Part shown: piece after piece, positions 29,613 to 39,701 of the stretch | Layout of the letters: each line of letters begins with the position of its first letter | Position numbering within the stretch: the first letter of the stretch is position 1 | Assembly (NCBI GenBank): GCA_039815185.1 | Contig: JBCBZT010000057.1 | Location: 1-48,523 of the forward strand | DNA from: Cyanobacteria bacterium P01_A01_bin.123 | GTDB lineage: Bacteria; Cyanobacteriota; Cyanobacteriia; Phormidesmidales; Phormidesmidaceae | Length of the DNA: 48,523 bases | Direction of reading: 5' to 3' | Made by a program: the position numbers and the translations under genes | The notes under the pieces: generated by a model | Databases searched by the model: none | What the model was told of the DNA's origin: nothing | Seen by the model: only the letters and a program-made list of their open reading frames with translations

Positions 29613-31004
29613 ATGGTTGATTTAACACCCAATCCCAGCTTTAGCCTCACCATTCAAATGAAAATTCCCAACCAAGCAGGGATGTTGGCCAAAGTCACCC
29701 AAGCTATAGCTGAGGCAGGGGGCAGCTTGGGTACTTTGGATGTGATTGAACGGACGCGAAAATGCATCATTCGCGATGTCAATGTAGATGCTGCTAGCAC
29801 CGAACATGCCGAAGAGATTGTGGAGATCGTGCGATCGCTGAGCGAGATTCAAGTCCTGCGAGTATATGACCGCACGTTTCAAATCCATGAAGGCGGCAAA
29901 ATCCATGTGGAAGGCAAAATCCCCCTTAAGAGCCAGGACGATTTGGCTATGGCCTACACCCCTGGGGTGGGACGCATCTGTACTGCGATCGCCCAAGATC
30001 CTGAACGGGTCTATGATCTAACGATTAAACGCAATACTGTGGCCATCGTCACCGACGGTAGCGCCGTATTAGGGCTCGGCAACTTAGGGCCAGCGGGGGC
30101 ACTGCCTGTCATGGAAGGTAAGGCCATGCTGTTCAAGGAATTTTCTGGTCTTGATGCGTTTCCCATTTGCTTAGATACCCAGGATCCCGATGAAATTGTG
30201 GCCACGGTCAAGCGGATTGCCCCGGTATTTGGCGGGGTTAATTTAGAAGATATTAGCGCCCCCCGCTGCTTTGAAATTGAAGCCCGCCTGCAGCGAGAAT
30301 TGGATATTCCGGTCTTCCATGACGATCAGCACGGGACGGCAATTGTCTCCCTAGCGGCCTTATTCAATGCCCTCAAATTGGTGAAAAAAGAATTGTCGGC
30401 CATTCGCATCGTGATCAACGGTGCGGGGGCGGCAGGGGTGGCGATCGCTCGATTGCTCAAAAAAGCAGGGGCGACCGAGATTTTGATGTGTGATTCAAAA
30501 GGGATTATTGCCCGCGATCGCGACAATTTGACCCAACAAAAATTGGAATTTGCCGTAGACGAAAGCGGTACCCTAGCCGATGCCATGATCGGCACTGACG
30601 TGTTCTTGGGCGTGAGCGCACCGGGGGTCGTGACCGTCGATATGCTCAAGTCCATGGCCGCTGATCCGATTGTCTTTGCCATGGCCAACCCCGTGCCCGA
30701 AATTCAGCCCGAATTGGCGGGCGATTTGGTGGCGGTTATGGCCACAGGACGGAGTGACTATCCCAATCAAATCAACAACGTGTTGGCTTTCCCCGGCGTA
30801 TTGCGCGGGGCACTGGACTGCCGTGCCCAAGCCATTACCACCGCCATGTATTTAGAAGCTGCCCACGCGATCGCCAGTTTAGTACGCCCCAGTGACCTCG
30901 ACCCAGAACACATCATTCCCTCAGTCTTTGATCGTCGGGTCGCCTCTGCCGTTGCCTCTGCCGTGCAGCAAGCGGCTCGAGAAGCGGGAATTGCTGGCAA
31001 TTAA
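29613..31004 (+). CDS. NAD(P)-dependent malic enzyme with N-terminal ACT domain
   Basis: AYTPGV, VMEGKA, NLEDI, FHDDQHGT, GAGAAG, ATGRSDYPNQINN. Confidence 0.96.
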   Translation: MVDLTPNPSFSLTIQMKIPNQAGMLAKVTQAIAEAGGSLGTLDVIERTRKCIIRDVNVDAASTEHAEEIVEIVRSLSEIQVLRVYDRTFQIHEGGKIHVEGKIPLKSQDDLAMAYTPGVGRICTAIAQDPERVYDLTIKRNTVAIVTDGSAVLGLGNLGPAGALPVMEGKAMLFKEFSGLDAFPICLDTQDPDEIVATVKRIAPVFGGVNLEDISAPRCFEIEARLQRELDIPVFHDDQHGTAIVSLAALFNALKLVKKELSAIRIVINGAGAAGVAIARLLKKAGATEILMCDSKGIIARDRDNLTQQKLEFAVDESGTLADAMIGTDVFLGVSAPGVVTVDMLKSMAADPIVFAMANPVPEIQPELAGDLVAVMATGRSDYPNQINNVLAFPGVLRGALDCRAQAITTAMYLEAAHAIASLVRPSDLDPEHIIPSVFDRRVASAVASAVQQAAREAGIAGN

Positions 31005-31017
31005 ACCCAACGCCATC

Positions 31018-31764
31018 CTACCCAGCATCGCCAGACTCATCTGAAATACTATCAACCAGCGCCCCATCACGCTGCTGATCGAATAGGCCAAACAAGGGGC
31101 CAAGCAGTGCCCCAAAAACAAAGCCTCCTGCATGGGCCCAGTACGCCACGCCCCCTCCTTCCATGCCAACGGTAGCTGGGGCTTCTAGGCTAGCAACCCC
31201 ATAAAACGCCTGTTGCAAAAACCAAAAGCCTAAATACAGCAGCGCCGGAATTCGCACCGTGTAGAAAAAGATGCCCAGGGGAATCAACGTCAAAATCCGC
31301 ACCTGGGGGAATCGGAAAATGTAGGCACCCATCACCCCTGCGATCGCGCCACTCGCCCCTAGTGACGGCACAACTGAATCAAAGTTAAAGTACCACTGGG
31401 CTAGCCCCGCAAGTGCTCCGCACAGCAAATAAAACGCCAAAAACCGCACCCGCCCCATTTGTTCTTCCAAATTGTTGCCAAAAATCCACAGGTACAGCAT
31501 GTTGCCCCCCACATGCAGAAACCCTGCATGGAGAAACTGGCTCGTAATCAACGTGCCCCATTCTTCGATACCAGGACTGGCAAATCCCGTTTGCAAACTC
31601 AGGGTCAACTCTTTAGGAACAACTGCCCACTGGTAGAAGAAGTAAGACAGTTCCCGAGAGGACAGGGATAGCTCAAATAGGAACACCAGCACATTGATAG
31701 CGATCAGCCCGTAGGTCACGTAGGGCGTAATTTTGATGGGATTTTCGTCTTTTAGGGGAACCAT
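31018..31764 (-). CDS. Rhomboid intramembrane serine protease
   Basis: FLHAGFLHVGGNM, GASGA, AHAGG. Confidence 0.95.
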   Translation of the reverse strand: MVPLKDENPIKITPYVTYGLIAINVLVFLFELSLSSRELSYFFYQWAVVPKELTLSLQTGFASPGIEEWGTLITSQFLHAGFLHVGGNMLYLWIFGNNLEEQMGRVRFLAFYLLCGALAGLAQWYFNFDSVVPSLGASGAIAGVMGAYIFRFPQVRILTLIPLGIFFYTVRIPALLYLGFWFLQQAFYGVASLEAPATVGMEGGGVAYWAHAGGFVFGALLGPLFGLFDQQRDGALVDSISDESGDAG

Positions 31765-31996
31765 GGGGCCGGTTTGGTGAGAGGGGGTTATAGCGGTAGC
31801 CACAAAGCTTTGTGCGCTACCGCGAGCCAGATTGCTTGTAGACTCAGCATCCTGGCGATACTCGGTGCATTAAGCAATCTGGCCAGCACTATATTTATAG
31901 CTTAGGGGAGTGGGGAGTAAGAGAGTGGGGGGCGAGGGAGGCAGCGGAGTGAGGAATTAGCTCAATTCCCAGGCATCGGGTCATCATCGCCTCACC

Positions 31997-32755
31997 CTAA
32001 CTCGGCTGCTGCGTCGGCCGCACCAGAATGTCGTGAATCTGCACATGCTGGGGCTGATTCAACACATAGACAACGGCATCGGCGATGTCGTCGGGTTGCA
32101 ACACGGGGAACTGGCTGTAGGTTTGGCGGGCTTGTTCAGCGCTTTTGCTGTACTTTTCGGCAAATTCGGTTTCGACAAATCCTGGACTGATTGAAGAAAC
32201 GCGAATCGGGCTGTTGGCAGCCCGCAGTTCTCGACGCAGGCCTTCGGTGAGCGATCGCACAGCAAATTTACTGGCAGAATACATGCCGCCAACCGCCGGA
32301 ATCCGGTGCCCCGCCATAGAACTGATGTGAATGATGTGCCCCTTGCTCTCATTGATTTGCATATCTTTAATAGCTTCACGGGTGCAGATACACAGGGCTA
32401 AAACGTTAACTTCTAGCATGTCTCGCCACGCCTCGGTCTCACCATGCATCAGGGATTCCTTGTGCCCGAGCCCAGCGTTGTTGACCATCACATCTACCCC
32501 ACCCCAGAGATTGCGGATGAGGGCAAAGCAATCCAAGATATCTGCCTCCTTACGCATATCCGCCCGGTGGCTCAATACTTCTGCGCCTAGGGCTTTCAGG
32601 TCATCGCTCAAGCTCGCTAGCCTGTTTTCTCGACGAGCGCAGATGGCAATGCGATAGCCTACTTTGGCTAACCGTAATGCGATCGCGCGGCCAATCCCAC
32701 TTGAAGCTCCGGTGACAAAGGCCACGGGTTGGTAGGCCGAATCTGAATCAGTCAT
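31997..32755 (-). CDS. Short-chain dehydrogenase/reductase
   Basis: TGASSGIG, NNAG, YSASK. Confidence 0.95.
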   Translation of the reverse strand: MTDSDSAYQPVAFVTGASSGIGRAIALRLAKVGYRIAICARRENRLASLSDDLKALGAEVLSHRADMRKEADILDCFALIRNLWGGVDVMVNNAGLGHKESLMHGETEAWRDMLEVNVLALCICTREAIKDMQINESKGHIIHISSMAGHRIPAVGGMYSASKFAVRSLTEGLRRELRAANSPIRVSSISPGFVETEFAEKYSKSAEQARQTYSQFPVLQPDDIADAVVYVLNQPQHVQIHDILVRPTQQPS

Positions 32756-32896
32756 AGTATTCAGGGGGTAGATTCAACACTGCGATTATACGCAGCCGAT
32801 CGTATGGGATTGAGCAACGAGTACGGTATGCCTAAAGATAGATTTTGCGAGTACACCACGACACTGGTCAATCTAGTGTCTATGTAGCGTTGAAAA

Positions 32897-32936
32897 GAAG
32901 CCTCCTCAAACTAAGCTTTAGACTTGAGGAGGCTTC
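32897..32936. terminator. Hairpin downstream of the DUF4268 gene
   Basis: GAAGCCTCCTCAA...TTGAGGAGGCTTC, followed by a T-run on the minus strand. Confidence 0.7.
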
Positions 32937-32942
32937 ACGAAG

Positions 32943-33965
32943 TCATATCTTTTCGTCCGCAATGGGCAATTCAGCGGTATTCAACTGCTCAATACGAACA
33001 TCAAACACCTGATGGAATGTAACCGCCAATTCATACAGTTGCTTATAGAGCACTTCACGTTGGCTCAAATCTGAGAACTCAACACAAGCAGCTCTCAAGA
33101 GCAACGCATGGGAAGTCTGAGATTGGTTTAGATTCCACTCAAGGGCATGACCAATCTCTTTCTCTATCTCATCTTGTACGTTTTGTAACACTTGAAAATA
33201 GACATCTTTATGGGAACCAGACAGCCAGATACCCACAGACACAATTTGGGTCTTGGGATAAACCGTCAGGTAAAGATTGAAATGGGAACGATTAATAGTC
33301 GAGCTGAGCCAGTTTCGGGTAGTAGGATTTGTAACCTTTAGGCCGATAGGCTGATGTTCTAGAAATGAATGAAAACCTTGCCAAAATTCTAGGAACTTCT
33401 GCTGTGATGAGGAAAGACTACCCGTTTTGACCTTGGCGATTATTTTACGCCAGTGATTGGGTTGACTGACAACATTAAATTTCGGAGCTAAGGGAGAGTC
33501 TGCAATCTGCCACAGTTCCATTTCTAAGCCGAAAAAGTTGATTGCAGAGTCGGTAACCGTATTGAGCCAATCAAGCGCAGCTCGATGTTCTTCAGTAAAG
33601 CTTTGAGCAACCCAGATAATCGTGATTGCATCTAATCCAGCAGCATAGGTTAGCAGCTGGCCCAAGTGAGCGTGGTCAGTGCGTTCCAATTGGTTTTCAA
33701 TCACTACCCAACTATGATCTGTCTGGTCTTTGCAAAGAATATCAGCACGGAAAATACCAACATTTTTCTCACGAGCTTCAACTTCCAAATCAAGCCCAAC
33801 GGCAGCTCCTAATAGGCTGATATTGTCTGGCTGAGATAGCCAAGGTGTAAAATCGAAATCTTCTCGTTCCCAATACGTCCGCAAGGGAACCTGCTTTAAA
33901 TGAGCTAATGGAGGCTTTTGACTCACTTTGCTTTTAACCACAATAACTGACGCCAGTATGCCCAA
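32943..33965 (-). CDS. DUF4268-domain protein with NucS-like PD-(D/E)XK N-terminus
   Basis: DFTPWL, RADILCKD...VVIENQL..TDH.HLGQLLTY, EHRAALDWLN. Confidence 0.85.
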   Translation of the reverse strand: MGILASVIVVKSKVSQKPPLAHLKQVPLRTYWEREDFDFTPWLSQPDNISLLGAAVGLDLEVEAREKNVGIFRADILCKDQTDHSWVVIENQLERTDHAHLGQLLTYAAGLDAITIIWVAQSFTEEHRAALDWLNTVTDSAINFFGLEMELWQIADSPLAPKFNVVSQPNHWRKIIAKVKTGSLSSSQQKFLEFWQGFHSFLEHQPIGLKVTNPTTRNWLSSTINRSHFNLYLTVYPKTQIVSVGIWLSGSHKDVYFQVLQNVQDEIEKEIGHALEWNLNQSQTSHALLLRAACVEFSDLSQREVLYKQLYELAVTFHQVFDVRIEQLNTAELPIADEKI

Positions 33966-34031
33966 TCCATTAGCCGATTTCTACAGATGTACTGTGCTGG
34001 TGCAAGGCTTATCCAGTTAAAGCAAAGCGTA

Positions 34032-34068
34032 GACAACTCCTCCGAAAGCAATATCTAGAGGAGTTGTC
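34032..34068. terminator. Hairpin downstream of rsgA
   Basis: GACAACTCCTC...GAGGAGTTGTC. Confidence 0.6.
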
Positions 34069-34079
34069 GAGTTGTCTCC

Positions 34080-35159
34080 TTAATAATCCGGTTTCTTAGA
34101 GTGTCGCATCGATTTGGTAATCGTTTTCCAGCGTTTTTTGCTGTTTTGTTGTGCCTGGGGATTGCTTTTACGGGCAAGGTACTGCTGCTCTTTTTGCAGC
34201 TTTTGATAGCTGTAAAGCCGATCGGGGGCGAGTTCATCCGCCGCGATCGCCGCTTGAATCGCACAACCCGGTTCTTGCTGATGGTGACAGTCGCGAAATC
34301 GGCACTGCTGGGCCAATGCGTCAATGTCGGCGTAGGTGCTATCCAAACTGGTTTCGCTCGACCACAGTTGCAGTTCGCGCATACCAGGAGTATCAATCAG
34401 CAGGGCCTCTGAAGGCAAATGAAACAATTGACGGCCAGTCGTGGTGTGGCGACCGCGACTGTCATCTTGGCGTACAGATTGGGTGGGCTGTACGGTTTGA
34501 CCCAAGAGTTGATTTGTTAGGGTTGATTTGCCTACTCCTGATGAGCCGAGTAACACTAGCGTTTGGCCGGGTTGCAAATAAGGGTTCAGGTGCTCCAATC
34601 CGGTGCCATATTCGGCACTGATGGGTAAGATAGGGACGCCAAGCGCGATCGCATCTAGCTCGGCAATTTTTTCTGCTACGCGATCGCACTGATCAGCCTT
34701 ATTCAAGACAATTACCGGGTTGGCACCGCTTTCCCAGGTTTGCACCAAATAGCGCTCGATCCGCCTGGGGTTAAAGTCGCCGTCCAAACCAGAGATCAAC
34801 AGCGCCGTATCGACATTGGCGACTAGCACTTGGGCTTCAGTACGGGTTCCGGCGGCTTTGCGGGCAAATTGACTGTATCGAGGCAACACCTGATGAATCA
34901 CCCCTTGACCTGAACCATTTGCAGCCTCCGCTGAGGGCTGCACCACCACCCAATCACCGACCACGGGGAAGTCGGCAGCAGCGGTCGTATCGTGAATAAA
35001 TTTTCCGGACACGGTGGCTGCAATGTCACCCACTTCGGTGTGCAGCCTAAACTGATGGCGCTGAGCCAGCGTCACACGCCCAGCCAGATAGCCCTGCTGA
35101 GCATAGGGTTGGAAGGCTTGAGCAACGCGATCGCCCCAACCATATTGTTCTAAAGTCAC
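34080..35159 (-). CDS. rsgA: Ribosome small subunit-dependent GTPase A (OB fold, circularly permuted GTPase, Zn finger)
   Basis: VGDWV, NKAD, GSSGVGKS, GRHTT, DTPG, CRFRDCHH..EPGC; likely GTG start at 35159 after GGGAGA. Confidence 0.95.
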   Translation of the reverse strand: MTLEQYGWGDRVAQAFQPYAQQGYLAGRVTLAQRHQFRLHTEVGDIAATVSGKFIHDTTAAADFPVVGDWVVVQPSAEAANGSGQGVIHQVLPRYSQFARKAAGTRTEAQVLVANVDTALLISGLDGDFNPRRIERYLVQTWESGANPVIVLNKADQCDRVAEKIAELDAIALGVPILPISAEYGTGLEHLNPYLQPGQTLVLLGSSGVGKSTLTNQLLGQTVQPTQSVRQDDSRGRHTTTGRQLFHLPSEALLIDTPGMRELQLWSSETSLDSTYADIDALAQQCRFRDCHHQQEPGCAIQAAIAADELAPDRLYSYQKLQKEQQYLARKSNPQAQQNSKKRWKTITKSMRHSKKPDY

Positions 35160-35185
35160 TGATTTTTCTCCCAAAAGCCTTGGAT

Positions 35186-35282
35186 TAAACCTTGACCACA
35201 TCCAGATCCACAGGTTTACCTGAGCTACAATTTCTCCTTCGGAGACGCTGCGCGAACAAGTTTTCCAATCGGATGTGGTTTA
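35186..35282. repeat. Copy C of the miniature element
   Basis: TAAACCTTGACCACATCCAGATCC...AATCGGATGTGGTTTA. Confidence 0.8.
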
Positions 35283-35398
35283 TATCGGCAAGGCTTCTAG
35301 AGGCTGCTCAACATCTGACCTGTCTAAAGTCAGTCCGTTGAGGAGGCGTTGCTGAACTGAAGCATAAATCTACCAAAGCATGGGTCACTAACCTAAGT

Positions 35399-35461
35399 TC
35401 AGCGACACAAAACCTCTAGCCTTGCAGGGATTGAAGCGAAACCAATAACCGACTCAGCCAT
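35399..35461 (-). CDS. Putative 20-aa leader peptide MAESVIGFASIPARLEVLCR upstream of rsgA
   Basis: AGGAGG 5 nt before ATG; the 3' half overlaps stems that pair with the downstream leader. Confidence 0.6.
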   Translation of the reverse strand: MAESVIGFASIPARLEVLCR

Positions 35462-35693
35462 GAGAACCTCCTGTTGTAGTACAAAAGAGAGACTTGTAGT
35501 ATGTGACTAGTCTATCTTAGTTTGTGTGGCAACTGCTACGCTCGGGCCAATGTTTCAACCCACTTAACGTGAACTCGATAGACTCTTTTAACTGCGTCAC
35601 CACCTGACCTGCCTATGAATGGCAAGCTATTGAGGAAAACTCACTGAAGTATGAAGTAGGTTAAAGCCGACCCCCGTAGGGGTTAGTTATGGC

Positions 35694-37142
35694 TTAACCG
35701 GCGATCCTGATATTTCTCTCGTCGAAAGGTGGCAGCATCTCTTGTTGATCGCGTTCAACCGCTTGTGACAGCATTTTCTGAAATATTGCAATCATTCCCG
35801 GATCAAATTCGGCCAAAAATTCCTCAGCCGTGATTTTTTCCTGAAAAAATGCTTTCCCCCGATCTACTCGGGCAACCATCTGATCCAGCCCCAAATGCTT
35901 CAACAGAAAAGCAGCGATCGGCGAATTTTTAATATCAAAGCTTGATTCCTGCGAGCGGCCAACCTGCAAGAGTGTCCAAATCTCCTGCTCAATGCAATCG
36001 CGGGGGTGATACGGCACATCAGAAATCGATACAGACTGTCGCTGCATGACTTGACTTGAAATTTCCGAAAAATTCACTCCGCCCAAGCACCCCAACGGCA
36101 GCAGAGGATGTGAACGATAGGTCAGGGCTTCTAGAATCGCGATCGCCAAAAGCTTAATACTCAAATACAGACGAGCAACGACAAGGTTCTTGTTTGTTCG
36201 CTCCAGCAAACCCTCATAGTCAACAACACTCGGCTCCCCTTCAAATTGACGGAAAACAAGCGGTGCATTGAGATAGTACATAAAGCTGGTTGTCTTCTCC
36301 AACACGTGGCGATATTGCTGGATCGTATAGTCCTCCGCTGCTCTCAAACAGGGATTAGATTCGGGTAGCAGATTCCAGGTATTACTCAAAAAATCCGCGG
36401 CCTGCAAATCTGCAAAATTTTCGACATCTCGATTACCCACTCGCACCGCTCGCTGCACCGCTCGAACTAATGCTATTTCATCCCAGGCCAACTGAAAACG
36501 GTCATTCGCTGACGACAGTTTGCGATAGAGATTCTCACTGGGTTGTAAACCATCTATCGTCGGCGGACGAAAAGGGATAGTCGCTTCAATGCAGGCAATG
36601 ATCTCAGCTAATTGAGTCTTATTTAGAATTGACTCCAATTGCTTTGCAGCTATGAGCGCACTGAGGAATTCATTTTGCTCCAGCGCCAAATGCTGTCCTA
36701 GCTGCACATCGAAAATCGTCATGACCAGCACAAAACTTTGATCCGCGAGATTTTCCTCCAAATCTCGGATCACCAATCGCTCCCGCAGGGTTTCGATGAA
36801 AGGTGCTAGGCTTTCGGCGAGTTCAACGCTGATACCATCATCAATTTGGACGTACACCACGTCGTGAAACAGCGCTGCGAGTACCTCAATGGCATCCCCG
36901 CTTTGAGCAACATCAAAGGCATGGTCTAAATTGTGGAAATAGCGGCTCGGCCCAGTCATCGCCTTAACGATGAGCTGTGTCATTGCTTGCAAGTGCCCTG
37001 GAGAAATCTCAGCCTTAATTTCCTGAAAGGCCCATTCTAGATATAGTAGGCAGCGTCGCTCACCTAACGACAGCGGCAACTGATGGGTATTCTGATCGAT
37101 AGCCCAAGGTTCATCAGGCTTAGTTTCAGCGGGGAGTGCCAT
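35694..37142 (-). CDS. Hypothetical HD-domain-like protein
   Basis: RYFHNLDH...AALFHDVVY, NEFLSA, IEATIPF. Confidence 0.7.
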   Translation of the reverse strand: MALPAETKPDEPWAIDQNTHQLPLSLGERRCLLYLEWAFQEIKAEISPGHLQAMTQLIVKAMTGPSRYFHNLDHAFDVAQSGDAIEVLAALFHDVVYVQIDDGISVELAESLAPFIETLRERLVIRDLEENLADQSFVLVMTIFDVQLGQHLALEQNEFLSALIAAKQLESILNKTQLAEIIACIEATIPFRPPTIDGLQPSENLYRKLSSANDRFQLAWDEIALVRAVQRAVRVGNRDVENFADLQAADFLSNTWNLLPESNPCLRAAEDYTIQQYRHVLEKTTSFMYYLNAPLVFRQFEGEPSVVDYEGLLERTNKNLVVARLYLSIKLLAIAILEALTYRSHPLLPLGCLGGVNFSEISSQVMQRQSVSISDVPYHPRDCIEQEIWTLLQVGRSQESSFDIKNSPIAAFLLKHLGLDQMVARVDRGKAFFQEKITAEEFLAEFDPGMIAIFQKMLSQAVERDQQEMLPPFDERNIRIAG

Positions 37143-37672
37143 AAACTTTAGCGTCTCCTGAGAGCCACGCAGCAATGTCTGTCTAAGTAATCTAAAATTC
37201 GCTGCAGCAAGAGGACAGCACATGTAGCTGCTTAAGCGAACCCTGTCTCATTGAATAAAAAGTACCCAATTAGACGGCTAAGATAACGAGTTTACTTAGA
37301 CAGGCATAGGGTTGATGCAGATTGAGGGTGACTCAGGAACCTGCCAACAGCTTAACTTTTCCAACGAGATCTTTATCGAACGATGAGCCAATCGAAAAGC
37401 TGGCCCATAGTGAGTTGTAAATTGGCCGCAAATTTAGAAGTGGGAACAGGCTTCTGGGCATAATCGGCATTGCCGCGATCGCTAGCGGATATGGCTCCAT
37501 CCTAATCCATGTCATAGTTTGAGTATGGTCTTACAAAAAGCCCGCAATGCGACAGCCCAAACCCGCTTTTCTGACTTTGATCAACAGGTCGATGCTGGCA
37601 GCAGCGCCACTGAAAATCAAATCGCTGTTGAGCAAAGTGTTGCGGAGATCTAGACTCAGATCGATCACACTA

Positions 37673-37913
37673 TTAACCGCATTGATTACTCGGCAGGAGC
37701 GTTACGTTATTGCGACTGCCATCACGATTCGTACGCGCAATCCAACCAATATTATTGTCAAAGACGAAAACTTCTAACCAGACCCTACCATTGCTAAGGA
37801 TTTCATACGGAGGCTCAGCTGTGGCATAGGCAATATCTCCGACAACGTAGTTTCCAAGTAGAGACGCCAATGATGGGGAAAAACCGCTTCAGAGTAGATG
37901 CTGCAACTCTCAT
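37673..37913 (-). pseudogene. Possible internally deleted or frameshifted secreted SH3-like gene
   Basis: AAGGAG plus ATG (MRVAASTLKRFFPIIG) is out of frame with a downstream WLEV...GWIAR segment. Confidence 0.3.
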
Positions 37914-37992
37914 CGAGAAAACTCCTTAATCTGGGAGAAGATCTGACGTATCAGCGTATTCCTTTTCCTTCTGCAAGCCTAGCTTTTCTATC

Positions 37993-39594
37993 CTATTTTC
38001 GCAAACCTATATTGCGATTGCTTGCGGCTTGTCTGACGAACTGCCGCACAGCCGTCATCGCCGAATAGCTTACGCCAGCCGTCCCTTCCCCAGGATGGGT
38101 ACAATCCCCCACTAACCACAGGCCATCAATCGGCGTCCGATTGGCAAACCCAAAGGGGCCAAAGGTGGGTACACGCTGCCCAATGCCGCCCACCATCCCC
38201 CGGTCTCGCCCGGTAAAGCGCACAAATGTGCGCGGCGTAGCGGCTTCAACGTGGATCAAATGCTCGTCGCGCAGATCAAAGAATTGGCTCAGTTTCGCGA
38301 TCGCGCCCTGGGTATACTTTTCCTTCAACCCCTCATAGTTATCGGTCTGTTCCCACAGGGTGACATCTGTAAACGATGAGGCAATAATCGTGGCCCGACC
38401 TGCTGGTGCCCGCCCGTCGCCAGGGCGACTGACCGACACAAACAGGGAATTGTTTTCGCCAATGGGGCCGTCGTAGTCATAGAGGAATTGCAGATGGGGC
38501 GGGCAGTCTGAAGGAATAGCCGCTTGGTCAACCCCTAGATAAATCACGAATGCCCCGGAAGCGGGGGGGAGTTTTTCGACCCGCTGGCTATAGCCCTGAG
38601 GCGCGCGATCGCCCAGTAACCTCACCAAGCTTTGCACCGTCACGTTGGCCATCACAGCATCAGCGGGTTCTTTCCACACATCACCCGTATTTTGGTTGCG
38701 AACCGTTAGTGCAGAGATTTGATCGCCCGTCATCTCAATCCCATCAACAGTATGGCGCATCAACAGTTCACCTCCGTGCATTTCCAGCGCTTCCACCAAG
38801 CGATCGCTGAGCACCTGCATACTGCCATGGAGGTGAGATAATCCCTGCGGTTCCTGGGAGACGCCCAGAGCAGTCGCTGCATAGAGCAGCGCCGTTTCAT
38901 CGGCTCCGACCTGGGAATAAAGCTTGAGCTGCATGTCTAAAAGGGTTTTGAGACGGCGATCGCGTCCCAGACCATAAATCCGCAGTAATTGCCCGACTGT
39001 GGCAAAGGTGTAGGGCACCGTAATCAATGTGTCTGGCCGTATGGCCTTAGCCAACTGCACCAGGTCCCACAGACTGCGTGGCGGTAGCACGGGGTCACGT
39101 TGCTGAAATCGCCAACTGGCCTGAAATAGCGTTTGCATTAGTTGCCAAAACGGTTCGCTACCCGGGAACTGCCGTTGGCGCTCTGCCCGCCACCGCTCTG
39201 GATCACGCCAAACTGAAATCGGGTGGGTTTCCCCTGGTAAATAAACGGCACAGGCCGGATCACAGGGTGTCGCCTCAGGCAGGTCAATCCCGAGTTCAGT
39301 AAAAATTTGGTGATGAATTCCTCCGGTTTCCAACCCCGCAACTTGAGTCGCCCCCACATCAAATGTGAAGCCCCGGCGCTTAAAGGTTGAGGCACATCCA
39401 CCAGGGACTAGAGCCTGGTCAAACACCCGTATTCGATAACCCCGCTTGGCTAGCAACGCCGCTGCTGTAAGACCGCCAATTCCGGCACCAATCACTGCTA
39501 CGGTTTGCGGGTTTGACTGTGCATTGGCGGTCTTAGGAAACGTTGGCGTTTGAACTGTTGAGCTTTGCGCTGAATGGGGAGAGGAGGAGAGCAT
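37993..39594 (-). CDS. crtD: Carotenoid C-3',4' desaturase
   Basis: GAGIGG, FTFDVGATQVAGLE.GGIH, QLKLYSQ, HPGEGTAGVSYSA. Confidence 0.92.
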   Translation of the reverse strand: MLSSSPHSAQSSTVQTPTFPKTANAQSNPQTVAVIGAGIGGLTAAALLAKRGYRIRVFDQALVPGGCASTFKRRGFTFDVGATQVAGLETGGIHHQIFTELGIDLPEATPCDPACAVYLPGETHPISVWRDPERWRAERQRQFPGSEPFWQLMQTLFQASWRFQQRDPVLPPRSLWDLVQLAKAIRPDTLITVPYTFATVGQLLRIYGLGRDRRLKTLLDMQLKLYSQVGADETALLYAATALGVSQEPQGLSHLHGSMQVLSDRLVEALEMHGGELLMRHTVDGIEMTGDQISALTVRNQNTGDVWKEPADAVMANVTVQSLVRLLGDRAPQGYSQRVEKLPPASGAFVIYLGVDQAAIPSDCPPHLQFLYDYDGPIGENNSLFVSVSRPGDGRAPAGRATIIASSFTDVTLWEQTDNYEGLKEKYTQGAIAKLSQFFDLRDEHLIHVEAATPRTFVRFTGRDRGMVGGIGQRVPTFGPFGFANRTPIDGLWLVGDCTHPGEGTAGVSYSAMTAVRQFVRQAASNRNIGLRK

Positions 39595-39701
39595 CTTTTA
39601 CATTTCTTAACCTTAATATCAGTGTACCGAGTTCCCGTGGGAAAGCAGCGTGGTGAAATGGGGAGACGGTTTTATTTTGCCTGCTTTATTTTGCTAACCC
39701 T

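Noticed and set aside
37525..37653. 42-aa + strand ORF MVLQKARNATAQTRFSDFDQQ...
   Set aside because: The DFDQ resemblance to the peptide core is only 4 aa; no RBS or other support
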